Shown here: positions 26,035 through 37,949 of the stretch, one piece after another | Layout: every line of letters begins with the position of its first letter | Numbering within the stretch: the first letter of the stretch is position 1 | Origin: Ylistrum balloti | Lineage: Eukaryota | Reading direction: 5' to 3' | Assembly (NCBI RefSeq): GCF_031769215.1 | Contig: NW_026782484.1 | Coordinates: 496,001-560,000 of the forward strand | Length of the DNA stretch: 64,000 bases | The notes under the pieces: model-generated | The model's input: the letters and a program-made list of their open reading frames with translations, nothing else | Databases searched by the model: none | What the model was told of the DNA's origin: nothing | Program-made: the position numbers and the translations under genes

Positions 26035-27562
26035 TACTGAAAAGATAAAGAAATGCAACTTCTTTTATTGTACAATATTTTGTATTGAATCTACATAGCT
26101 GTATAAAAAGTAAGAGGAATGATAGTAAATGATATATTAGGACACCTTTTTACCTAATCCTCCATTAAATGTTAAAAATCTGCCTCTGTGACAAAAAACT
26201 TACTCACATCCGGTGCACCTAAATTACCAATATACAGTGACTGTACAAATACCTGCGTTCTTTCCCATTCAAACTAACATCAGTTTCTGACTATCACTAA
26301 GATGTGTGATTACCAATACATTTGTAATCAATAAACATGCCACAGCTATCCCAACTTGATAGAGGACAGACTCCGGCAATGCTCATTGAAGGTAGCACTT
26401 GACAGCAGTTAAATACTCACTTCGGAGTTCACAAATTAACAAGTTGGTTAGTTTTTACGTCTCAATGCAATGGAAAGATGTGAAGACAGACCGAGATCCA
26501 GGCGTCCACGTATAATGTGGGGACGTCAAGATCAGTTCATTAGACTTGCCCACCTGCATGACAAGAGATTACTGGCGGCCAAAATGGCACAATATACCTT
26601 GGTAATCAAAACTGTCAAGTCTTCCCAAAAACTAAGAAACAGACAGCCTACTATGCCAGTATGTTGGTTTGCCTTTGACACCTCAACAAAGAACAGGTCT
26701 TATGCCATGGTTGACAGTATATGTATCCAGACATTTCCCTGAGACGTTGGAGGTTGAGACGTTTGAGGTTCATGCTCTTTAGGGATAAATAACACTTTGT
26801 GTTATTTCAATCAGATGGCAATCAACGTGTATACTGCTGTAGAGAAGATTGCCTTGCAGACGCTGGTGCTTTGGAGCACAACTGGTTTGGATGGATCAGT
26901 TATGGTTTGGAGGGAAATTTTGCATGATTTTAAGACACCTGTAGTGATCCTCAATGATAATTGAACAACTCTTTCTATTGAGATGAGATCCGAAGTCATC
27001 ATGTTGTGCCTTTCATTGTTAAGCACCTTTTGGTCTTTCAGCATGGTAACTCTAGGCTAGGAGATGCAGGAGTTTTGTAAGGACTTTCTTGTTATCCAGA
27101 ACATTATCCCTGTTGACTAGCCTCTACATAGTTCCAATTTTCCCCCTTTCGAACACTTGTGGGACAAATTGGACAGAAGAGCACGGAATCAACCAAACAT
27201 CCCAAACAACCTCCACCAGTTGGCAAACGCTTACCACAGAATAGAATAACATTCCTCTATGGCCAGTCAATGTCCTTATGAACTCTGTGTCATGCAGAAT
27301 AAGAAACGCTACTGCTTTTCAGGAAGGGCACTCATGATATTTGGGATCAGTTTGACAATATAACTGCCATTATATCAACTTTGTGTACCCTAATTCATGA
27401 CGGCCTGACAAAGTCCTTTTTATTTAAAAATCCCAGAAAATTTGAAAATCAATTGTCCAATATTTGAAGTTAACTATCGCATTTCATATTTAGGCAAGTT
27501 AATCGTAATTAATATTTCAACACACCGTTAATTTTAAGTTGCATTTCTTTTTCCTCTTAGTA
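26035..27562 (+). mobile_element. Decayed full-length Tc1/mariner-like DNA transposon (~1.5 kb) in PRKD intron 1
   Basis: Inverted ends tatactgaaaagataaagaaatgcaactt (26033-26061) and aagttgcatttctttttcctcttagtata match 25/29, with TA runs on both flanks. Frameshifted transposase motifs: DRPRSRRPR..RQDQFIRLAHL, SDGNQRVY, GSVMVW, FQHGN (D->G), FEHLWDKLDRR. Confidence 0.88.
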
Positions 27563-28667
27563 TATATAGATGTATGGATGTAGCAAGTGATTATCAGTAT
27601 CGTACTGACAATTTGCATTAGTAAGGTAGTTTCAGAATTTCAGAATAATGCAATTTGCATGCTATGCACCTACATCTTAGTTTTGGTATCCAGGTACTTG
27701 TGTTTAAAGTCAGAAGGCTACACATTGTTTATCACATGGATGTCTTGTTAATCTGTGAGTATAACCATGTCAGACATCTCTATATTCTATTTACATGTTT
27801 AGTACGACTTTTTGTGATGTCAGGTTTAGGTAGTGAAATGTTTTATATAGATATTTTCTGTGTAAATCTCTGGGTACTATAGTGTGGTCACTGATGCAGC
27901 CCTGTTAGCAATGCATATAAAAATTTTCTTGTAAAGTCAACCCAATGCATTTTTAGCTACTCCATGTATATTTATAGATACAAAATGCTAAAATTATAGA
28001 TTTAACAATTGAAAAAGAGTAAAAGACATTCCTTAATGGAGAAATATATTGTTTAAAGGAAGAATTGTCTCTTGGAATCAGAGAAGAAAATTTTACATTA
28101 AAGGGCACATTTTAAACTTGTCAGTTTTCAACTGACTGGGCATGATATTTCTAGTTACCTATGAAAACTAAATCCTGTCAGCTTTTGGTGATCAGTTTGA
28201 TATAAATTTTCATGTGGCATATATTGTGTCTGTTTATTTGATACATAGACATATCAAATGTTCAGTTTATGTACGTATATAATGGCATTGCTGTCATGAA
28301 ATGTTGTTGTAGATCAAATAAACAAAATATATTATCGCTAATGGGATTGTTTATCTACAAATCTACAAATATATAACTTCAAGGAATATTTTATATTTAT
28401 GTTTTTAAAAATAAAATTATCTATATTGGCTTTGTTTACTCATTCCCTTCCACGACTATTATAATAATGTACAGGATTTGGTTGAATTGTGTTAAATGTG
28501 CAAGGAATACTGCCTTGTGATTTTTCATTATATGTAGACTTGTGTGTAGGATGTCCGATTGTCAACAAAGTCATTCATGGTTTGTAATTCTTTGTAATTA
28601 CAGTATAAAAGCTTTTAGTGTGATATTTCTTGTTATATATATCCTTAAGGCTATGGTTTATTTCTAG

Positions 28668-28806
28668 TTTCCAGAGCACGGATTTTATGGCCTAGTGGAC
28701 AAGATTCTTCTATTCCGCCATGATGTCAGTAGTGCCAATGTTCTCCAAATGATCAACTCACCAGCCGACGTTAAGGAAGGATGTTTGGTGGAGGTTGTCT
28801 TATCTG
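28668..28806 (+). CDS. PRKD: Protein kinase D exon 2 (ULD, C-terminal part)
   Basis: tttctag|TTTCCAGAG; [46 protein letters not shown], the [22 protein letters not shown] signature. Donor G|GTATGT, phase 1. Confidence 0.95.
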
Positions 28807-29514
28807 GTATGTGTACAGGAAATACACACTTTTACTCAGTAAATATACACTATTACTCAGTAAATATACACTATTACCTAGTAAATAAACATTGTTACCC
28901 CAAAGATATATGCTGTTACCCAGTAAATATATATTGTTACCGATAGCAATAACTCAATACATTCACTGTTACTCAGTAAAAATCATACTTAACGTATTTT
29001 CATGAGTGGTCGGGCGGATGAAGAGTATAGTCTGAACATCGATTCTGGACCGTTACGTATTTAAGAATGGCCATTTTTTTGAGGCGTTTGATGTGCAATA
29101 TCGACCTGCATGACCTTGTACCCTGATAATTTTGGTTGCTGTAACATGTTACACTACAAGAAAGAATGAAAAATATTTATTCAAATCAAGGACACAGTAC
29201 GAGACTTCGGTGCCAAGTTATTTTACAAGTACCTGTCCATCAAGTGTTTGTGACTGAAACAGACAGTTTAGAACTGTCATTTGTAACCATATTCAGGATG
29301 GTTTCATTAATCATACCTTTTAATATGAATCGCTATATTATCTTCTGAACTTTCGTAATTGCTTTAGAAGCCATCGCAGAAGTTAACACTAGCCTAGCGC
29401 ATCCTTGGATCGATAGGTCTTCAGGTCAAATTCTGGAATGACTGCCATGCTTGTTTACGATAAGAATGGCATCGTGTAACTTATAAGAAATCAAATTGGA
29501 CTATAAGAATTATA

Positions 29515-30555
29515 TTGGCATAAATTCTTGTTACCGCTATTTCTGAGAAAGTATTGGATGGATCTTCCTCAAATTTCATATGCAGTTTCCCCTTTGTCCC
29601 TAGTTGTGCATTGTACCTTTTTTGGACTGATTCAAATTCAAGATGGCAGACAGGCAGCCATCTTGGATTTTGGAAGTAAAAGTTTGTTACTGCTATTTCT
29701 TGGAAAGTACTGGATGGATCTTTCTCAAATTTCATATGCAGTTTCCCCTTAGTCCCTAGTTGTGCATTGTACCTTTTTTGGACTGATTCGAATTCAAGAT
29801 GGCCGACAGGTGGCCATCTTGGATTTTGGATGTAAAAGTTTGTTACTGCTATTTCTTGGAAAGTACTGGATGGATCTTTCTCAAATTTCATATGCAGGTT
29901 CCCTTTGGTTCCAAGTTGTGCATTATACCTTTTTTGACTGATCCGAAATCAAGATGGCAGACAGGTGGCCATCTTGGATTTTGGATGTAAAAGTTTGTTA
30001 CTGCTATTTCTTGGAAAGTACTGGATGGATCTTCCTCAAATTTCATATGCAGGTTCCCCTTGGTCCCTAGTTGTGCATTGTACCTTTTTTGGAGGAATTC
30101 AAGATGGCTGACAGGCAGCCATCTTGGATTTTGAGAGTAAAATCTTGTTACTGCTATATCTGAGGAAGTCCTGGATGGATCCTTCTAATATTTCATAGAT
30201 ATTGGTTTCCCTTGGTCCCTAGTTGTGCATTGTACCTTTTTTGGACTGATTTGAAATCAAGCTGGCCCACAGGCAGCCATCTTGGATGTCGACAGTAATA
30301 CAGCACAAGCATATTGTCCATTATCCACCTGTAACTGACTGCTATCTAATAATACTTTGGGATCTTTTTCAAATGATATTTGCTAATAGGTGCTTAATAA
30401 AAATATCTTGTGCCATCATTGAGTACATTCAATGAAGACCACTTCATGAACATTTACAACACCTGTAACAAACAAAAAAAAAAAAAACAAATCTTCAAGA
30501 ACTGAAAACAGATCCTCAAATGGTGGGCGCCAAGATCCCTCTGGGATCTCTTGTT
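29515..30555 (+). mobile_element. HINE-like element carrying ~5 copies of a ~156-bp satellite-like unit
   Basis: GTTAC anchors at 29530, 29686, 29842, 29997 and 30147. Units contain AAGATGGC...GCCATCTTGG. 3' end has hairpin AGATCCC-TCT-GGGATCT (30533-30549) followed by CTTGTT. The 5' end was not identified. Confidence 0.7.
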
Positions 30556-30983
30556 AAGTAAACCATATGAAACGTCAGGCCTTATATCTGTGTGTATACA
30601 ATCTTTGAAGACTGCCAATCTAAACCAGTTTGATAATCGCTATTTTATGTTTTTCAAATACATCAATAAAATAAAGAGTTATCTTTGTATCATTCATTTG
30701 CAAACTTATATTAAATGTTTCACTGATGATCTTGATAAAATGCCTTCCATTGTCTGTTATATCAACGAACTTTGGTCAACATAACGGTTACCACTTCGTA
30801 AGAAAGGATGCTGCTTAAATTCCTGTGCATCTTATATGTGGATCAAATAGAAAAAATTGCTAAAAACCAGCCCTGCGGCTTATACTCAGGTGCAGTTAAT
30901 AGCTCGGATAATATGGTACACATTACAGAATATATCAATTGTTATCCAGTAAACAAGCACTTTTCCCAAACTAAATACACACA

Positions 30984-31220
30984 CAGTGGCCGAGTGATGA
31001 AGGCATCAGACCATCTGTATCACTCGCCCTCAACCTCTGAGTTGCGGGTTCGGGGCCTACACAGGGCTGTTGCCTATGTAGAAGTATTTGCAGATGATGG
31101 CCTCTGACCAATATCTTTGGCCTCATGTCAGCTGTTTTTCTCTGAGAACTACTCGATTCTTCTACCATGCAAACCTGGCACATCCTTAAATGACCCTGGC
31201 TGTCCGTAGGATGTAAAGTA
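30984..31220 (+). mobile_element. tRNA-derived SINE-like copy
   Basis: A-box-like GTGGCCGAGTGATGAAGGC and B-box-like GGTTCGGGGCC. Shares an identical 25-mer TGGCACATCCTTAAATGACCCTGGC (31176-31200) with the copy at ~54 kb. Confidence 0.7.
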
Positions 31221-31269
31221 AGTGTTAACTAATACATACACAGCAACTCCATTAATATACATTAACCCT

Positions 31270-32010
31270 TAGCTTAATACATACACAGTAACCCAGTAAA
31301 CATACACTCATCCTTAACTAAATACATACACAGTAACCCAGTAAACATACACTCATCCTTAACTAAATACATACACAGTAACCCAGTAAACATACACTCA
31401 TCCTTAACTAAATACATACACAGTAACCCAGTAAACATACACTCATCCTTAACTAAATACATACACAGTAACCCAGTAAACATACACTCATCCTTAGCTT
31501 AATACATACACAATAACCCAGTAAACATACACTCACCCTTAACTAAATACATACACAGTAACCCAGTAAACATACACTCACCCTTAACTAAATACATACA
31601 CAGTAACCCAGTAAACATACACTCACCCTTAACTAAATACATACACAGTAACCCAGTAAACATACACTCACCCTTAACTAAATACATACACAGTAACCCA
31701 GTAAACATACACTCACCCTTAACTAAATACATACACAGTAACCCAGTAAACATACACTCATCCTTAACTAAATACATACACAGTAACCCAGTAAACATAC
31801 ACTCATCCTTAACTAAATACATACACAGTAACCCAGTAAACATACACTCACCCTTAACTAAATACATACACAGTAACCCAGTAAACATACACTCACCCTT
31901 AACTAAATACATACACAGTAACCCAGTAAACATACACTCACCCTTAACTAAATACATACACAGTAACCCAGTAAACATACACTCATCCTTAACTAAATAC
32001 ATACACAGTA
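31270..32010. repeat. 45-bp minisatellite (AAATACATACACAGTAACCCAGTAAACATACACTCA(T/C)CCTTAACT)
   Basis: About 16 near-identical copies. Confidence 0.95.
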
Positions 32011-32679
32011 AACATACTCTTTTTTTTTACTCCTAACTAAATATATACAGTGTTGCCCACTAAACATGTACACACAGAATGTAATGTGTTTAATAATTCA
32101 GACAAAGATTAATAACTTATGTTTAATCACAGGTACTTGTTTGTATGTCTGACCTTCAACATTGGTATAGTTTCAAGAATATCCATACATACAGGTTCTA
32201 TTTTTGGCTGAATTCCACTTTCTTGGGAGATTGGATTTACATTGAAATTGCATTCACTGATTCAGTCCAAGAAGCCTAATTTGTAAAGACTGTGGTAATT
32301 TCCCAGGCTGATGTCTTGACTGTAAATACATTTTACTACATCTACACAGATGCATTCCTCAAGGTTAAAGGCCGTACCAGAATGACATTAATAAAGAATC
32401 AAAGTCTGTATTTGAATTTCTAGAACAGTAATCAATTGTTTTAACTAAATTTGTAAATTAAATACTGGCAACATTGTAGTTGATAGAAGTGATTAATCAA
32501 TAAATATTAAAGGAAAATTAATTAACATTCTCTCTGTAATACAGGAACAGCGTTGAACCCAATAACCGTATTACCTGTCACAACATAGATTAGTGACACG
32601 TAGTTGGACACAATGGGTTTAATATGTCAGAGTACAACTTCATCAAAAAAAGTTGTTTGTGTCAGACAAATAATTGGTA

Positions 32680-33300
32680 CCAAGTTGTCAGCGGTAGATC
32701 ACTCGAAACAAGAAGTTAGTGTCAGATCACAACTTGATTTTAAGTTCACAGTGTCAGATCACAACTTTTTAGCATGTGATCAGTGTCACATTACAACTTG
32801 TAAACAAGTTGTTAATATCAAATCACAACTTGGTAACAAGTAAATAGAGTGCTATGTAACAAATTGTTGGTGTCAGATCACAGCTTGGTAACAAGATTTT
32901 AAGTTCACAGTGTCAGATCACAACTTTTTAGCATGTGATCAGTGTCACATTACAACTTGTAAACAAGTTGTTAATATCAAATCACAACTTGGTAACAAGT
33001 TGTTAATATCAAATCACAGCTTGGTAACAAGTAAATAGAGTGCTATGTAACAAATTGTTGGTGTCAGATCACAGCTTGGTAACAAGTTGTTGATGTCAGA
33101 TCTCAACTTAGTAACAAGTTGTTAGTATCAAATCACAACTTGGTAACAAGTTGCTAATATCAAATCACAGCTTGGTAACAAGTAAATAGAGTGCTATGTA
33201 ACAAATTGTTGGTGTCAGATCACAGCTTGGTAACAAGTTGTTGATGTCAGTTCTCAACTTGGTAACAAGTAGATAGTGTCAGATCTCAGCTTGGTAACAT
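32680..33300. repeat. Degenerate ~30-bp repeat (TCAGATCACAGCTTGGTAACAAGT core) with internal block duplications
   Basis: The core recurs about 20 times. A ~100-bp block is duplicated at ~32742 and ~32901. Confidence 0.8.
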
Positions 33301-34249
33301 TTCCTGGTATAATATTAACCGTTAAAGTCATTAACCATTTGATGGTTTGAAGGAAGGGGAGTTCTTATAGTGCCGTCCATTTGTTTTTGTGGTATTGTGG
33401 GCGCCGGGATATTCAGGTCTAACAGACATTTTCTATGATAAGACAACAAATAAAGGTGCCAGTAGTGTTTAAACTAATTGGAAGGAAGCTATTAATTAAA
33501 ATGCCAAACTGGTTGAACTTTGTGCTTTACATGTAGGCTTATTTATGTAAGGGCACCAGGTACACTGTTGTCATTGAGCACACTAGGTATATTACATGCA
33601 TGATATATTCTTTAGTTTAATTGTGCCTACTCTCTACATACACGTGCTTTGTGTGTATGACACATTGTTAGATTACTATTTTTAGATTATTATTTCTAAT
33701 TTGTTATTTCGGTTGCATTTTCTCAATTTCTTCAGCTTCTCCTCAGTTTGGAATAATCTGTGTTTCTTTTTTTTAATAGTAAACACATGTAAAAAAAAAT
33801 TTCATTGGTTCTAATAAAGAGTATACCTTCTTTGTAATACATTGTATCAACAGTATCTATATGTAGGTATCAATATAATGTTCTTATAAACATTGGTAAC
33901 TGTATCATAAGTTGTTATACTATATATGAAATCTGTGGTAATACTAAAGTCAGGTCTAAATATACAAATATATCTATGTTATGTTATATAAAGGTAATTG
34001 ACACAGCATATTTATGATAAATATTAAATTGCCAACTGTGCAGTAAATGCACATCACGTCATTTATGATATGACACTTTTGTATAATAAGAGGTAAGTAG
34101 AATTAATATACCTTGTCTCGATTAGGTGTAATATGAATAGGCATCAAGATGTTGCTATATAGATATAGGATCAGATCAGAAGGAGGAACTGAATTATTAT
34201 GTATGTCATACTGATAAGGATTTATGAAATCATTCTTCACAATAATGGA

Positions 34250-34970
34250 CAAAAGTACAGGTAGGTTATTATCTATAATGTTAATTAAGATCCAGTCACT
34301 ATTAATGTTGATTTTAAGTACAGGTAGGTTATTATCTATAGTATTAATTAAGATCCAGTCACTATTAATGTTGATTTTAAGTACAGGTAGGTTATTATCT
34401 ATAATATTAATATCCAGTCACTGTTAATGTTGATTTTAAGTAAGGTAGGTTATTATCTATAATATTAATATCCAGTCACTGTTAATGTTGATTTTAAGTA
34501 CAGGAAGGCTATTATCTATAATATTAATTAAGATCCAGTCACTGTTAATGTTGGTTTTAAGTACAGGAGGTTATTATCTATAATATTAATATCCAGTCAC
34601 TGTTAATGTTGATTTTAAGTACAGGAAGGCTATTATCTATAATATTAATTAAGATCCAGTCACAGTTAATGTTGATTTTAAGTACAGGTAGGTTATTATC
34701 TATAATATTAATATCCAGTCACTGTTAATGTTGATTTTAAGTACAGGAAGGCTATTATCTATAATATTAATTAAGATCCAGTCACTGTTAATGTTGATTT
34801 TAAGTACAGGTAGGTTATTATCTATAATATTAATATCCAGTCACTGTTATCATTGATTTTAAGTACAGGTAGGTTATTATCTATAATATTAATATCCAGT
34901 CACTGTTATTATTGATTTTAAGTACAGGTAGGTTATTATCTATAATATTAATTAAGATCCAGTCACTGGA
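34250..34970. repeat. 59-63-bp AT-rich minisatellite (GTACAGGTAGGTTATTATCTATAATATTAATTAAGATCCAGTCACTGTTAATGTTGATTTTAA)
   Basis: About 12 copies, partly alternating CAGGTAGGTT and CAGGAAGGCT variants. Confidence 0.93.
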
Positions 34971-36275
34971 GATCATTGGTGAGGAGTACAGTCTTAATGA
35001 AGTCTCAACTGGAAATTGTTGTATCACTTCCAGCATATTGTCCAACTTTTGACGCGCAGGCTTTAATGCTGTGAAATTATCACACAACCTTCAAAGTTTT
35101 TTGGAGCACATTATTTGTTGAATTTCTGCTGAAGTTTGTTGCCATTTTTCAAGGTCATTTGCTATATAATAACGAATAATCTGCCTATTTTAAGTGTAGT
35201 TAAGGCAACGGAGAAGCAACATAGCCCTAGGCCCAACATGATGCCTCCATATTCCAAACCAATTGGACTCTAGAGGCAGAAGGGAAGTCAATGGCTGACA
35301 TATAACTGCTGTGATAGTGGATGCACGCACAGTGTTAACAAACACCACAGAGTGTGGTACCAGTCTTTATATCATTACTCAAAATTATCAAAACTGATGG
35401 TTATCAACCATGATATGTAAGCCACAGAGCCAATTTTTTAACAATTATTTCAATTTGATCCACATATTAGCGGCATCGAAATATAAGCCGCACCCATTCT
35501 TATGATGTGGTTAACCATTATGTCGATCAAATTTTGTTGACAGAAGACAATTAATCAAGATTGTCAGTGAAACTTTAACAAAGTTTGAAAATGAATTATA
35601 CGCAGATCATCCTTTATTTTATTGATGTGTTTGAGAAATGTAAAATAGCAATTAGCGAACTGGTTTGATTTTGGAGCCTTCAAAGATTGTCTATACACAG
35701 ATATAGGGCCTGACATTACATATGGTTTACTTATATCTTATTTGGTATCTGTACTGTTATATATTAGCCAAGGCTCTTGCATGCTGACAAAATTCTTATA
35801 GTTCCATATTATTTCTTATAAGTTACAAGAATTTGACCAGATGACCTATCGATTGATCGCAGGATGCAACAGGCTAGTGTTAACTTGCGCTATAGCTTCT
35901 GAAGCAACAACCTAAGTTCAGAAGATGTTCATTTTCCTCTAAATTCAAATTGTTTTAACTTGGGTCATTAACATCTGGTATCCGTCTTGAATTTTACAGT
36001 TTAGGACATTTCCATCTTGTTAGTGTCATTAATTTTACATTTTAGTTCATTTACACATGGTATCCATCTTTAAAATGTTACATTTTAGGACATTTACATT
36101 TGGTATACCTCTTTCATGTTGCATTTTGATTCTAACTGCAAAACATTGATTAAACAGTGTTGAAATAGTGTGAGCAGAAACACTGTTCTGTTATTGAAAA
36201 TGTAATTTTTCATTTTGAGTAGAATGGGCTGTGTGCTCAGTAACTGATTATGGATCTCTTGTTTTGTTGTTGTAG

Positions 36276-36407
36276 CCCAGACCACTATGGAGGACCTACA
36301 GATCCGACCTCACCTACTGTTTGTGCACTCTTACAAGTCACCACACTTCTGTGACTTTTGTGGGGAGATGCTCTTTGGACTTGTTAAACAAGGCCTCAAA
36401 TGTGAAG
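36276..36407 (+). CDS. PRKD: Protein kinase D exon 3 (C1a zinc finger, N-terminal half)
   Basis: ttgttgtag|CCCAG; (A)[43 protein letters not shown]. Donor G|GTACGA. Confidence 0.96.
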
Positions 36408-37175
36408 GTACGATTTGTATTGGTAGAGTACATCAGACTCCTCAGCTGGAACTTAGTAACTGTTTGGAGCCAAAAAGATTTAACTTTTATATAGATAAGG
36501 GGAATCGATCATAAGCATATCGTCATAGAAAAATCAATTTATTTAGAAGAAAAAATATATCTTGAGAATGATTGTAATAGTTATGTATGTATTTAGAATA
36601 AGTATAATATATTTTGATAGCTACATATACCACATATTTTAAAATACTTTTGAAAAGTTTTTTAAACCAGTTTTCTGATACTATGAGGATTAACTACAGA
36701 GCTGAAGGCCAGTAAGATTACTGCAACATAAGAGATCGGTGATATAAGTCACCTGTAAGTTAAAAAATACATCCAGAGCAGGAATCCACATTTCAGAGTA
36801 CCATGAAGTTGGGTTATTGACTTGTTTGGGTTAAAATATCTTCACAACAGCCATGGTCATAGGAAGATGGTAGGGGTGTCGACAGCTGATAAAGTCAAAG
36901 ACATATGCTTTTGTAGTATCATCACACTGAAATGTCATTACCTGTACACAACACCCCACCTTGTCACATTATATCTGACTACAGGGACACGTTTAAAGTG
37001 CCATCACACTGAAATGTTTACTGTTCAATGGTATACTTACAGGATATTATTAGTTCTGCTAGTGTTTATGTTTTCTTTGTTGTTTTTTTTTTTTGATAAT
37101 TTTGAAGAGAAAAGCAGTGGATATTTTAAAGTTGTCACATTAGTATGTTGACATCGGGTTTTTTATATTGGATAG

Positions 37176-37324
37176 GATGTGGCTTGAACTTCCATAAACG
37201 TTGTGCCTTCAAGATTCCCAACAATTGCTCATATGATCGCCAGCGACGCCCATCAACTAGCAGCTTGTCATACTCTATGAGAGAAAAAGTTGACATGAAC
37301 ACAATGCCAGATGGAGGAAGTCAG
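37176..37324 (+). CDS. PRKD: Protein kinase D exon 4 (C1a C-terminal half and linker)
   Basis: gatag|GATGT; [27 protein letters not shown]...GGSQ. Donor CAG|GTAAGA, phase 0. Confidence 0.95.
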
Positions 37325-37672
37325 GTAAGATTTAAAGATATATACCATCGCAAACCTAACTCCTGGTGTATACCATAACAAGACTGGTAACTGTGCAAAC
37401 CTAACTTTTGGTATATACCACTACAAACTGATAATTCTGCAAACCTAATTCCTGGTATCACGATAACAAACCTGGTGAATGTGCAAACCTAACTCCTAGT
37501 ACATACCATAACAAATCTAGACACCTCATATCTACCACAATAAGGCATAAAGACATATGATACTCATGAATGAATAATATTTTTTGTGGTCATGAATAAT
37601 ATTGTTATCTCAACTAAGAATATGGAGAAAACTGCCTATTAAAACTATTTTACTCACATGGTTTGTTCACAG

Positions 37673-37901
37673 ACTCTAGCTGTACCAAATCAACAGTCAC
37701 TCCCCCTGGTGGGAGAACCACGCAGCAGTCGCTCTAAGTCACTTGGTGGGCGACCAATCTGGATGGAACGAGAATTGTATGGGCGCATAAAACTCAAAGT
37801 GCCTCACACATTTAACGTTCACAACTACACGCGTCCCACCATCTGTCAGTGGTGTCGACGGTTACTAAAGGGACTATTCAGGCAGGGTCTACAGTGTAAA
37901 G
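37673..37901 (+). CDS. PRKD: Protein kinase D exon 5 (linker and C1b N-terminal half)
   Basis: ttcacag|ACT; ...[51 protein letters not shown]. Donor G|GTGAGT, phase 1. Confidence 0.96.
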
Positions 37902-37949
37902 GTGAGTAATACTGTATATATCTTTTAGTGTTGTCTACAACTACTGATT

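Noticed and set aside
30984-31070. Possible tRNA gene (also at 53982 and 14137)
   Set aside because: A/B boxes are present but I cannot fold a cloverleaf, and a shared non-tRNA tail follows, so these are SINE-like.
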